Positions 52,490-64,000 of a DNA stretch of 64,000 bases are shown here, in pieces; within the stretch, counting starts at the first letter, position 1; the number at the start of each line of letters is the position of its first letter. The DNA comes from Octopus sinensis. Lineage: Eukaryota. The position numbers were made by a program, and so were the translations under genes. The notes below the pieces were generated by a model. The model was not told the origin of the DNA. It made no database searches and worked only from the letters and a program-made list of their open reading frames with translations. Location of the stretch: contig NC_043023.1 of the NCBI RefSeq assembly GCF_006345805.1, forward strand, positions 7,564,001 to 7,628,000, read 5' to 3'.

Positions 52490-53185
52490 TACGATGGGCT
52501 TCTTTCAGGTTCCGTCTACCAAATTCACTCACAAGGTTCAGGTCGGCCTGAGGCTATAGTAGAAGACAGTTGCCCAAGGTGCCACGCAGTGGGACTGAAC
52601 CCGGAACCATGTGGTTGGTTAGCAAGCTACTTACCACACAGCCACTCATGCACCTATATATATATATATATATACGATGGGCTTCTTTCAGTTTCCGTCT
52701 ACCAAATACCCTCACAAGGCTTAGGTCGGCCCGATGCTATAGTAGAAGGCACTTGCCCAAGGTGCCACGCAGTGGGATTGAACTCGGAACCATATGGTTG
52801 GTAAGCAAGCTACTTACCACACAGCCACTCATGCACCTATATATATATATATATATGATGGGCTTCTTTCAGTTTCCATCTACCAAATCCCCTCACAAGG
52901 CTTAGGTCGGCCCAAAGCTATAGTAGAAGACACTTGCCCAAGGTGCCACGCAGTGGGATTGAACTCGGAACCATGTGGTTGGTAAGCAAGCTACTTACCA
53001 CACAGCCACTCCTGCGTCTATATATATATATATATATATGATGGGCTTCTTTCAGTTTCCGTCTACCAAATCCCCTCACAAGGCTTAGTAGAAGACACTT
53101 GCCCAAGGTGCCACGCAGTGGGACTGAACCCGGAACCATGTCATTTGTAAGCAAGCTACTTACCACACATCCACTCCTACACCTA
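52490..53185 (-). repeat. Four tandem 5' halves of that SINE separated by (TA)n
   Basis: ~183-bp units gatgggcttctttcag...cacagccactc. Confidence 0.85.
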
Positions 53186-53339
53186 TATATATTCTTTTAT
53201 TTACCTGCTTCAGTCATTTGACTGGTTTCAAAGAGGTCATATTGTTGGGCAATCTGAGGCTGGACTTAGCCAGTGAAAAATTACTAGAAATCCTCAAATT
53301 TCTCTTACTACTGTTAATAGAATTATATTGCAATTCAAA

Positions 53340-54541
53340 AGCCAAGGAAAAGAACCAACAGATTCTCATCCCAGCTGACCTGGGCCTTCGGAAAGGAAGC
53401 TTTGCTGTTTGAAGAGAATTGTGGAAAACGAACCCCGTTCAAAGGCTTCTGACATTGGAAAACAGCTAGAAGTTAGTCCAAGAACGTGTGCTACATATCT
53501 GCATAAGCTTGGATATTATAGACAAGCAGCTAGAAGAAAATCTCTCCTTCAACCAATTAATATTATGAAAAGAAAGAAATGGGCAAAGGAGATGTCAGAA
53601 AAATCCAGTTGATTTTGGGATAGAGTGATTTTCTCAGATGAATCCAGATTTGCATTATTTTCAGACAGTGGACGTGTTTGGGTCTGGAGGCTTCCCAATC
53701 AAGAATTTGATTTGAAGTGACTCTAACCAACTGTGAAACATGGCGGTCTGGCAGAAACGTTAGCACGCCGGGCGAAATGCGTAGCCATATTTCGTATGCC
53801 ACTACATTCTGAGTTCAAATTCTGCTGGGGTCGACTTTGCCTTTCATCCTTTCGGGGTCGATTAAATAAGTACCAGTTACACACTGGGGTCGATATAATC
53901 GACTGAACCCGTTTGTCTGTCTTTGTTAGTTCTCTATGTTTAGCCCCATGTGGGTAGTAAAGAAATAGGTATCTCTGTAATGGTATGGGGAGCTGTCACC
54001 AGCAATGGTCGTTCTGAGCTGATCGAATGTGTTGGAACCATAAACTCTGAAAAATACATCAAAATACTTAAGCAAGGACTACTTCCGATGTATTCACACG
54101 ACAACATTACAAAAAATGAGTTTTTATTCATGGAAGATGAGGCTCCATACCACACAGTGGAAAGGAATCAACAATGGTTGACTGAAAATGGGATCAAAAA
54201 GCTTCCTTGGCCGAGTCAATCACCAAACATGAACCCAATTGAAAATCTTAGGAGCATGCTAGATAGAGCTATACGAAAAACTCGACAGAAACTTAAATCT
54301 AAAGATGAATTGCTTTTATTGTTGAATGAAAAGTGGGCAGAAATTCCACAAGAGACAATCTCAAAGTTCATCAGTTCAATGCCAAAAAGAGTTTCTGAAT
54401 TAAAAACTGCAAAGGGAATGTCAACTAAATACTAAAGTATGTAGTCCTACCTATCAATTACATTTCATTTGTTGGCTTTGCGTATTAAATAAAAGATTTT
54501 GAAAATTAAAGGTGTCCATTTACTTCCTGCATGTCTGTGTA
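53340..54541 (+). mobile_element. Tc1-family DNA transposon, decayed (DD34E transposase pseudogene)
   Basis: ARRKSLL...WDRVIFSDESRF...VKHGG-[SINE]-ISVMVWGAV...FMEDEAPYH...WPSQSPNMNPIEN...GMSTKY*; stops/frameshifts; TIR-like end ...gcatgtctgtg-TA. Confidence 0.88.
53748..53968 (+). mobile_element. tRNA-derived SINE inserted in the Tc1 transposase
   Basis: ctggcagaaacgttagc...gagttcaaattc...gcctttcatcctttcggggtcg...gtaaagaaatag splits KHGG from ISVMVWG. Confidence 0.85.
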
Positions 54542-55334
54542 TATACATATACATATATATACATACACACACACACACACATATATATGTATACACATAT
54601 CATCATCATCATCATCATCATTTAACGTCCGTTTCCCATGCTAGTATGGGTTGGACGGTTCAACCGGGGTCTGGAAAGCCAGAAGCCTGCACCAAGCTCC
54701 AGTCTGATCTGGCAGTGTTTCTACAGCTGGATGCCCTTCCTAACGCCAACCACTCTGTGAGTGTAGTGGATGCTTTTTATGTGCCAGGGGAGGCTGGCAG
54801 TGGCCACAATCGGTTGGTGCTTTTTACGTGCCACCAGCACAGAAGCCAGTCAAAGCAGCACTGGCATCGGCCACGTTCGGATGGTGCTTTTTACGTGACG
54901 CCGGCACAGGTATCATAACTACAATTTCCATTTGATATACATACACACACACACACACACTTATTATATATTATATATAAATTTTTTTTTCATAATGAGA
55001 TAAAAAAAAACATTTATAGATAGAAGGTCTTACAGCTGTTTCCAGGATATTTTATATATCCCTTCATTGGAAACAGTGTGAGAAAATGGTTAAGCAATAG
55101 TTATTCTAGAGAAGATATGAAATAGAGAGTGAAGTGGAGGAATGAAACTAGACGTGAGATATGCAGGGATATTGAATTTGTATATATATATATATATAAG
55201 TACAGGCATGGTTGTGTTGTATGAAGTTTGCTTTTCAACCACATGGTCCCATGTTCAGCCCCACTGTGTGGCACCTTGGACCAACCAAATCCTTGTGAGT
55301 GGATTTGTTAGATGGAAACTGAAAGAAGCCTGTC

Positions 55335-55365
<31 letters not shown>

Positions 55366-55991
55366 AATACTCTTTACTCTTTTAAGTCCGACCCCGGGAC
55401 TTATTCTTTGTAAGCCCAGTACTTATTCTATCGGTCTCTTTTGCTGAACCACTAAGTGACGGGGACGTAAACACACCAGCGTCGGTTGTCAAGCAATGCT
55501 AGGGGGACAAACACAGACAAACACATATATACATATACATATATACGACAGGCTTCTTTCAGTTTCCGTCTACCAAATCCACTCACAAGGCATTGGTTGG
55601 CCCGGGGCTATAGCAGGAGATATTTGCCCAAGATGCCATGCAGTGGGACTGAACCTGGAACCATGTGGTTAGTAAGCAAGCTACTTACCACACAGCCACT
55701 CCTGCGCCTATATATATATTTTGTGAAGAACTTGGAGCCTTCATATGCACAAGTAGTTGGGAAGCAAACTTAACACACAACCACGTCTGCATTATATATA
55801 TTCTTTATTCTTTTACTTGTTTCAGTCATTTGACTGTGGCCATGCTGGAGCACCACCTTTAGTCAAACAATCAACCCCAGGACTTATTCTTTGTTAGCCT
55901 ATATATATATATTTTTTTTTTTGAAGAAATTTATATATATATTTTTTTAAGAAATTGGAGTCAAGGAGTATGGTTGGACATTTATTTATTA

Positions 55992-56097
55992 ATCGCTACA
56001 ATTGCTTCGACATAGTGTAATTCTCCAAGAATACAGGTATTTGTTTATGCAACTCTTTGTTTGCATAATGAGATCTAGCTGTGTTTCCTCAGGCGAT
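55992..56097 (-). ncRNA. Second-family type I hammerhead-like motif with long stem II insertion (decayed)
   Basis: Minus strand AUCGC-CUGAGGA-aacacag...(~65 nt)...cuauguc-GAAg-CAAUUG-UA-GCGAU: stem I AUCGC/GCGAU, palindromic stem III, GAAA mutated to GAAG. Confidence 0.55.
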
Positions 56098-56837
56098 ATG
56101 TGAGTGTTGTCTCCTGATGATTTTAAACTGACAGAGACAACACACTCGTATATCGCCTGAGGAAACACATCTAGATCTGATTATGCAAACAAACAGTTGC
56201 ATAATCAAATACCTGTATCCTTGGAGAACTATCAGCCGAAACATTGTGTTAACAACAAAGATGAGGACAAATATCTGTCAAATGTAAATAATGTAAAGAA
56301 TCATCATCATCATTTAACATCCGCTTTCCATGCTGGCATGGGTCGGATGATTTGACTGAGGACTGGTGAGCCAGATGGCTGCACCAGTCTCCAATCTGAT
56401 CTGGCAGAGTTTCTACAGCTGGATGCCTTTCCTAATGCCAACCACTCCGAGAGTGTAGTGGGTGCTTTTATGTGCCACCAGCACGAGGCCCAGTCAGGTG
56501 GTACTGGCAATGGCCATGTGCAAATGGTGTTTTTTACGTGCCACATGCACAAGAGTCAGTCCAGTAGCACTCGCAAAGAACTTGCTCAAATGTTTTGTTA
56601 AATGTTTTGTTCATGTGCCACCAGCACGGAAGCCACACAGCTGCTCTGGCAGTGATCCCGCTCGGATGGAGCTGTTAACGCTCCACTGGCACAGGTGCCA
56701 CTCATCAAATTTGGTTCAATTTCGATTTCGATTTCGATTTCACTTGCCTCAACAGGTCTTCGCAAACAGAGTTTAGTGTCCAATGAAGGAAGGTTGGCAT
56801 GGGTGCCAGTCGTCGAATTTGGTTCGATTTCACTTCA

Positions 56838-56879
<42 letters not shown>

Positions 56880-56882
<3 letters not shown>

Positions 56883-57245
56883 ACGGCTCAAAGAGCCATG
56901 GAAAGGTCAATGCTTGGTATCTCGTTGAGAGAGCACATAAGTAACAAGATCATCAGAAAGAAGTCCGGCGTGAGAGATGTCATTGCAGAGTATACACGCA
57001 GCAAGTATAGATGGGCTGGACACGTCGCCCGGCTCACTGATAATCGGTGGACGCACGCAGTTGTCGAGTGGTACCCGCGTGAATGGAAAAGACCAACCGG
57101 AAGACCTCCACGATGGTGGAGTTGCGATTTCAGGAGGACGATTGGGATCACGTGGATGAGAAAAGCGCGATCCAGAGAGGAGTGGACAGCGTGCTGTTAC
57201 CAGCGGTGTCAAATGGACGCCTGACGGACTGGTCGATCAAGGTGA
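56880..57245 (+). mobile_element. 5'-truncated RTE-clade LINE 3' end in (TA)n
   Basis: AQRAMERSMLGISLRE...KYRWAGHVARLTDNRWT...WYPREWKRPTGRPPRWW...ARSREEW; short 3' UTR; TA runs on both sides. Confidence 0.85.
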
Positions 57246-58059
57246 TATATATATATATATATGGTGCAGGCATGTCTGTATGGTAAGAAGCTTGCTTCCC
57301 AACTACATGGTTCCAGGTTCAGTTCCATTGCATGAGCACCTTCGGCAAGGGTCTTCTATTATATATTTCTTTACTGCCCACAAGGGGCTAAGCATAGAGG
57401 GGATAAACAAGGACAGACAAACGGATTAAGTCGATTACATCAACCCCAGTGTGAAACTGGTACTTTATTTATCGACCCCGAAAGGGTGAAAGGCAAAGTC
57501 GACCTCGGCGGAATTTGAACTCAGAACATAGCGGCAGACGAAATACTGCTAAACATTTCGCCCAGCGCGCTAACGTTTCTGCCAGCTCGTCGCCTTATTA
57601 TAGCCTCAGACCAAAACCTTGTCAGTTGATTGGGTAGACAGAAACTAAAAGAAACTCATCATATATATATATATATATAAGCATAGATGTGGCTGTGTGG
57701 TAAGAAGCTCCCTTCCCAACCACATGGTTCTCGGTTCAGTCCCACTGCATGGCACCTTGGGCAAGTATCTTCTACTATAGCCTCGGGTTGACCAAAGCCT
57801 TGTGAGTGGATTTGGTAGACGGAAACTGAAAGAAGCCTGTCATATATATGTATATATATATATATGTATGTGTGTGTCTGTGTCCTCCACCACCACTTGA
57901 TAACTGGTGTTGGTGTGTTTATGTCCCTGTAACATTGCAGTTCAGCAAAAGAGACCGATAGAATGAGCACCAGGTTAAATTCCTTCAAAGTGGTGCCCCA
58001 GCATGGCCGCAGTCAAATGACTGAAACAAGTAAAAGATAAGAGAAAGGCTGAGCACCAG

Positions 58060-59559
58060 TATGGGTAGCTGCAGGAGTGGTGGTGATAGTGGTTTTGGTA
58101 GTATAGGGGTTGGTGGTAGTGGGGCTGGTAGTAGAGGTGGTTGTGGTGCTGATGGTGGCTGAGGTGCTGGTGGTAGTAGTGGTTGTTGTGGTTGTGGTGC
58201 TAGTGGTTGTAGTGGTGGTAGTGCTGGTTGTGGTGCTGGTGGTAGCAATGATTGCAGTGCCTATGGTGGTGTTGGTGATATTGCTGTCTGTGGTAGCAAA
58301 GCTTCAAGTATTGGTGGTAGCAATGGTTGTAGTATGGTGCTTGTTGTGTTGGTAGTGGTGGTGATAGTACTGTCCGTAGCAATGGCTGTGGTGTTGGTGG
58401 TAGCAGTGGTTGTAGCGCTGGTGGTGGTAGTGATTGAGATCCTGGTGATGGTAGTGGTCCTAGTGGTGGTAGTGGTGGTGGTAGTGCTGGTTGTGGTGTT
58501 GGTGGTAGTGGTGGTGGTGGTGATAGTGGTGCTGGTGGTGTTGGTGGTAGTGGTGGTGGTGCTGGTGGTAGTGGTGCTGGTGGTGGTTGTGGTGTTGGTG
58601 GTAGTGGTGGTTTGTGGTGTTGGTTGTAGTAGTAGTGCTGGTGGTGGTTGCGGTGTGGTGGTAGTGGTGCTGGTGGTAGTAATCATGGTACTGGTGGTAG
58701 TGGTGATTGTGGTATTTGTAGTAACAATAGTTGTGGTATTGGTGGTGTTAATAGTATTGGTAGTTGTACCCTCAGTGGTAGTCATTGTATTAGCAGCAAC
58801 AGTGGTAGCAGTAGTATTAGTTGTAATGTCAGCAGTAACAGTAAAGGTGGTAGTACCAGTCCACAGCAATAACAATGACAATAATAACAGTAGAAGTAGT
58901 AGTAGGAGTAGTTGTAGTAGCAGCAGCAGTATTTGTGGTGGTTGTAGTGTTTGTGGTAGTAGTTGTTGCATAGGCGTCAGCGGCAGTGGTGTTCATGCTG
59001 CTGGGTTAGTTGTAGTGGTGGTAGTGCTAGTGGTGACGATCAGGGCAATTGTAATCGGTCGCTGTTGTTGCTGGTGTCGTAGTCGGTGTCGGGGACGAGG
59101 AACGGCGGAGGGGGGGGGGTCGGAGTGGTGGTATGAGGAGATGCCAACGTGGTGGTGGTGGTTGTAGTGGGAGACAGGAGGGGGAGTGGTGGTGGCAGTG
59201 GTGGTGGTAGCAGTGGTGGTGGTGGTGGTGGCAGTGGTAATGTTGATGGTGGTGGTGGTGGTGGTGGGGCATTGTAGTCACGGTTGCTGATTGGTTTAGC
59301 CGTAGCTGCAGTGCACTAGGAGACTCCGATGGTAGCACCCGTCACCACGGCGACCACTACCATCATCATCATCATCATCACTATTACGACCGTCATCATC
59401 ATCATCATCATCATCAATAGTTTATTTAGATGAATGGGAAATCAATCTCAATGTTTAGTAGTGATGGTGTTTGTGTGTGTATATATATGTATGTATGTAT
59501 GTATATGCGTGTGTATGTATATATATATATGTGTGTGTGTATAAATATGTATGTGTATG

Positions 59560-59606
<47 letters not shown>

Positions 59607-60140
59607 ATAAATGTGTGCGTATGTATGTGTGTATGTATATATGTGTGTGTGTATATGTATGTATATGTGTATGTATATATATATATATATGTGTGTGTGT
59701 GTATAAATGTGTGTGTATGCATATATGTGTGTGTATACATATGTATATATGTGTATATGTATATATATGTGTGTGTGTGTATATATGTGTATGTATGTGT
59801 GCGTATGCATATATGTGTGTGTATTATATGTGTGTATACATATATATATATATATATGCATATATGTGTGTGTGAATGTATGTATGCATAAATGTGTACA
59901 TATGTGTGTATATGTACATATTTATGTGTATAAATACGTGTACATATATATATGTGTGTTTATATCTGTGCGCACATACACATGTCTGCATGTGTGTATA
60001 CACATATGTATCTATGTGCATGTGTATATATGAATGTGTATTAGATGAGTGTGTATGTATGCATGCACGCATACATACACACACAAAATATATCCAGCTA
60101 TTTATACATACATTCACATCCATCCATCCACATAATCACA
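58060..60140. repeat. Low-complexity (GGT/GTA)n then (TA/TG)n tracts
   Basis: Direct reading; source of the poly-V/T and YI-rich ORFs. Confidence 0.9.
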
Positions 60141-60529
60141 TCTCTCTCTCTCCTTCTCTCTCGCTCTCTCTTTCTATACACACACACTTGTATATATATG
60201 TCCATATCTGTGTCTTTGTTGAGAGATTTGGCTATCGTATCAAATGAATCAGATGTCAAGTATTAGAAGCTCTCTTGCTGATTCACGTGATATCCATCTT
60301 AAAGACAACAGGGAGCTGTTAAGGGACACTTAGGCTGTTATATTGAAGGGATCAACTAACTATATAGAAGCCCTTTTGATAGTTTTTTTCCGCTAGGGGT
60401 TTTCTTAAGGCAGATTTAAGCTGCCACTTTTAGGAGGCTGAGTGACCCCTTTGAAAACCTTTCACAAGAAAATTTGACTTCCACATCAAAGAAGGCTAAG
60501 TGGGTACATAGAAGGCACTACATTTCTTC

Positions 60530-61085
60530 ATGTGGTCCCTGTTTTAAAGAGTGGCTCAATGTATTCCCTATTTTAAAGACTTGCAGTTGACTCCAGTTTT
60601 AAATACTGGATCATGTAACCCCTATATTAAAGACTGCCTGACGTGGTCCTTATTTTAAAAACTTACACATACATGCCCTAGGCTAAAGACTGAGTTATTT
60701 CAAAGGCTTCATGATATGGACCCTATTTTAAAGATTGTCTTATTTTATCCCAATTTTAAAAACTCTTTTGTATGGCCTCTATTTTAAAGACCAGTGTAGC
60801 CCCTATTTTGAAGAAAGCTTATTTTAAAGACTCTTACGTAGTCCCTATTTTAAAGACTCATGTAGCTCCTATTTAAAGATTATTCGATGGAGTCCCTGTT
60901 TTAAAGACACTTATATAGTTCCTATTTTAAAGACTATTTTAAGATTGTCTCAGAGAGTCCCTGTTTTAAAGAATGACTTATATACCTATTTTAGAAATGT
61001 CTCATATGACCCCCTCTACTATAAATTGTCATATGTGCCCCCTATTTTAAAGGCTCACTAATGAGGTCCTTATTTTAAAGACAGT
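60530..61085. repeat. Degenerate minisatellite with cctattttaaagact core
   Basis: Core recurs more than ten times at ~30-45 bp spacing. Confidence 0.75.
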
Positions 61086-61990
61086 AAAAGAGCTTATTTC
61101 ATGGGATTCAGTGGTAACATAATATAGGTCAAGAAGTTACACCAAACTAGATTAGTGGCTGATGGACCCTTTTCCAAAATCAGTAAAATTTTGATTACTG
61201 TCATGGGTTTACCCCCAAGATTATTTTAACCAGCGACATATTAGTAACCCATTTCATATGGCCCCTTTTAATGACAGCATAGATATTATTAAGGGTGATT
61301 TGGTGGATTCATTAGATGTCATATGACTACATAGAGAGCTGTTCACACACTGGCTCGTGTGGTCCCTAACAATGCCTACCAGTTCTGCGAGCTGCATGGT
61401 GACTCAGTAGGGCAGGTGCCACGAAAAAAAGCACCCAGTTCATGTTGTGATGTCGTTAGCACTAGGAAGGGCATCCAGCCATAGAAACCATGCCAAAGAA
61501 GATACAGGAGCACAATGCAGTCCTTCAGCCCATCAGATCCTGTGAAACATGGAACATGGACATTAAATGATGATGGTGAACGGTTCATTGAGGGAAATTT
61601 GGCTATTATATCAAAAGAGGTCAAAGCACAAGGTGGTATCAAAAAGTTCCTGGACTTATAAATTATATATATATATACATACAAACATACATATGTATGT
61701 ATACATCTATGTCTGTCTATTTATCTATATAAATGGATATATATATATATACTGCGTCATCCCATAAATAATGCAGTTTTTCTCGATTGCGTGAATTAAA
61801 AGTTGGTGGGGATGGGATAAACTACCTGCATCAACTTGCTATAAAAGCAGGTAGTAATTTTACCTTCTACTTATTCTTAGTGCAAGTTTTGAAGAGTGTA
61901 GTTCAATTTTAACAGTTATTTTTTCAAAGGAAGTGACAAAGGAGCATATTTGGCATATTTTGCTTTATGAGTTCAATAAAGGCAACAATG

Positions 61991-62374
61991 TGGAGGTGCA
62001 ATGGCCCAGTGGTTAGGGCAGCGGACTCGCGATCATAGGATCGCGGTTTCGATTCCCAGACCGGGCGTTGTGAGTGTTTATTGAGCGAAAACACCTAAAG
62101 CTCCACGAGTCTCTGGCAGGGATGGTGGTGATCCCTGCTGTACTCTTTCACCACAACTTTCCCTCACTCTTACTTCCTGTTTCTGTTGTACCTGTATTTC
62201 AAGGGGCCAGCCTTGTCACTCTCTGTGTCACACTGAATATCCCCGAGAACTACGTTAAGGGTACACGTGTCTGTGGAGTGCTCAGCCACTTACACGTTAA
62301 TTTCACAAGCAGGCTGTTCCGTTGATCGGATCAACCAGAACCCTCGTCGTCGTAACCGACGGAGTGCTTCCACC
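61991..62374 (+). mobile_element. Full-length tRNA-derived SINE (resembles octopus OR-type) with 13-bp TSD
   Basis: A box TGGCCCAGTGG, B box GGTTTCGATTCCC; TSD aaaggcaacaatg at 61978-61990 and 62375-62387. Confidence 0.85.
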
Positions 62375-62400
62375 AAAGGCAACAATGCAACAGAAAGTGT

Positions 62401-62633
62401 AAGTTGGTGAGCTGGCAGAAACATTAGCATGCCAGGTGAAATGCTTTGCGGTATTTCGTCTGCCATTACGTTCTGAGTTCAAATTCCGCCAAGGTCGACT
62501 TTGCCTTTCATCCTTTTGGGGTTGATAAATTAAGTACCAATTACGCTCTGGGGTCGATGTAATCGACTTAATCCTTTTGTCTGTCCTTGTTTGTCCCCAC
62601 TATGTTTAGCCCCATGTGGGCAATAAAGAAATA
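62401..62633 (+). mobile_element. tRNA-derived SINE with 9-bp TSD
   Basis: TSD agaaagtgt at 62392-62400 and 62634-62642; A/B boxes; tail ...gccccatgtgggcaataaagaaata. Confidence 0.85.
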
Positions 62634-63639
62634 AGAAAGTGTGAGGAATATTAATGCAGTATATAGGGATCGGACAATAAGTGTAAGTCAGTGTCAATGG
62701 TGGTTCCAGAAGTTCCAAGCTGGAAACTACAGCCTAGAAGATGAGCCTTGTCCTGGAAGATCTGTAGAGCTCAACAAGGACATCCTGGTAGAACAAAATT
62801 CTATCGTAACTGTTGAGGAACTAGCAGAGAAGCTTGAATTTAGTCATTCAACCATTCATCAACACCTGTGTGCCATAGGAAAAGTCAGCAAATTGGGTCA
62901 ATGAGTTCCTCACAAACTTTCCAAGTCTAATCGCATGCAGAGAGTGAATGTGTTCCCTTCTTTGCTGTCATATCTCATGAATGAACCTTTTTTGGACTGG
63001 TGATGACAAATGGGTTCTCAATAAAAAGGTCAAGTGCCAAAGACAGTGGGTAGGGAAAGGAGAAACACCAGCACCTCAGGCTAAAGAAGGTCTTCACCCA
63101 CATAAGGTGTTGTTATCTGTTTGGTGGGATAGGAAAGGTTTAGTCCACTTTGAACTTTTTTAAACCCAAACCAAATGATAACAAAGGAGATCTACTGTGA
63201 GCTGCTTGAGCAGCTTAAGTCAGCACTAGAAGAAAAACGACCATCTTTGGTTTCAAGACAAAAGGTGTTCTTCTATCAGGGTAATGCTCAGCCACGCACA
63301 GTGAGGATGACATTCCAAAGGCTGGAGCAGTTTGAATGGCAAACAATGTCCCACCCACCATATTTTCTGGACATTGCCCTATCTGATTATCATTTATTCT
63401 GCAGTCTTCAAAATCATTTGAACAGAAAAAATATGAATTCTGTAGACAAGGTCAGAACAGTACTGGAGGAGTATTTTTTGTCATGGACAAGTGAATTTTG
63501 GTTGGCCAAAGGCTATAATAGAAGACACTTGCCCAAGGTGCCATGCAGTGGGTCTGAACCCGGAACCATGTGGTTGGGAAGCAAGCTACTTACCACACAG
63601 CTACTCCTACGCCTATATATATATCAAAATCAAAATTGA

Positions 63640-64000
63640 AATCGATCAACATCAATGGAACTTGTAGCTGTGATACTAGTGCCGGTGGCACATAAGAGAA
63701 CCATCTGAACGTGGCTGTTGCCAGCGCTGCCACGACTGGCCTCCGTGCCGGTGGCACGTAAAAAGCACCATCCGATCGTGGCAATTGCCAGCCTCGCCTG
63801 GCCTCCGTGCAGGTGGCATGTAAAAAGCACCAATCGTGGCCATTGCCAGCTTCGTCTGGCACCTGTGCCGGTGGCACGTAAAAAGCACCCACTACACTCA
63901 CAGAGTGGTTGGCGTTAGGAAGGGCATCCAGCTGTAGAAACACTGCCAGATCAGACTGGAGCCTGGTGCAGCCTTCTGGCTTACCAGACCCCAGTTGAAC
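63640..64000 (+). mobile_element. SINE body/tail with gtggcacgtaaaaagcacc subrepeats; elsewhere this family ends in (GAT)n (e.g. 7600-7885, 17620-18085, 43790-43985, 56300-56830)
   Basis: Conserved ggagtggttggcgttaggaagggcatccagctgtagaaa block. Confidence 0.75.

Larger units (their letters stand above)
61752..63500 (+). mobile_element. mariner-family transposon, decayed, interrupted by two SINEs and 3'-truncated
   Basis: EVTKEHIWHILLYEFNKGN|NATES|VRNINAVY...WFQKFQAGNYSLEDEP...TGDDKW...KVLLSVWWD...HPPYFLDIALSDYHLF; TIR-like start after TA at ~61752. Confidence 0.88.

Noticed and set aside
58261-59338. Mucin-like Thr-rich or His-rich ORFs
   Set aside because: Trinucleotide low-complexity tract open on both strands, with no splice or domain support.
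61991-62065. tRNA gene
   Set aside because: The tRNA-like sequence continues into a SINE body with a TSD and lacks a proper acceptor stem and poly-T terminator; the same applies to the other tRNA-like heads.

Overview
Eukaryotic, AT-rich and extremely repeat-dense DNA; the tRNA-derived SINE families and microsatellite load suggest an octopus (coleoid cephalopod) genome, which is an inference. One host gene can be rebuilt by hand: a minus-strand, four-coding-exon multiple inositol polyphosphate phosphatase (MINPP1-like, 40398->18999, 527 aa, with signal peptide, RHGSRYP, HAE and C-terminal KVEL). Its introns hold a ~4.8 kb (AAT)n field with an endonuclease-deleted Tx1/L1-clade LINE, an R4/Dong fragment, MITEs, and a ~2.5 kb inverted-repeat cluster of Penelope-type pseudo-LTRs carrying minimal hammerhead ribozymes. 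The most notable observation is that these hammerhead/Penelope units sit behind a tRNA-derived Pol III head, i.e. a candidate SINE mobilised by a Penelope-like element. A second hammerhead family forms a fold-back at ~56 kb, and the commonest SINE appears to share its 3' tail with the Tx1 LINE. The rest is SINE arrays, decayed Tc1/mariner, RTE and CR1 fragments, minisatellites and simple repeats. Most ORFs in the track are microsatellite or SINE artefacts. All alignments and folds were done by eye.
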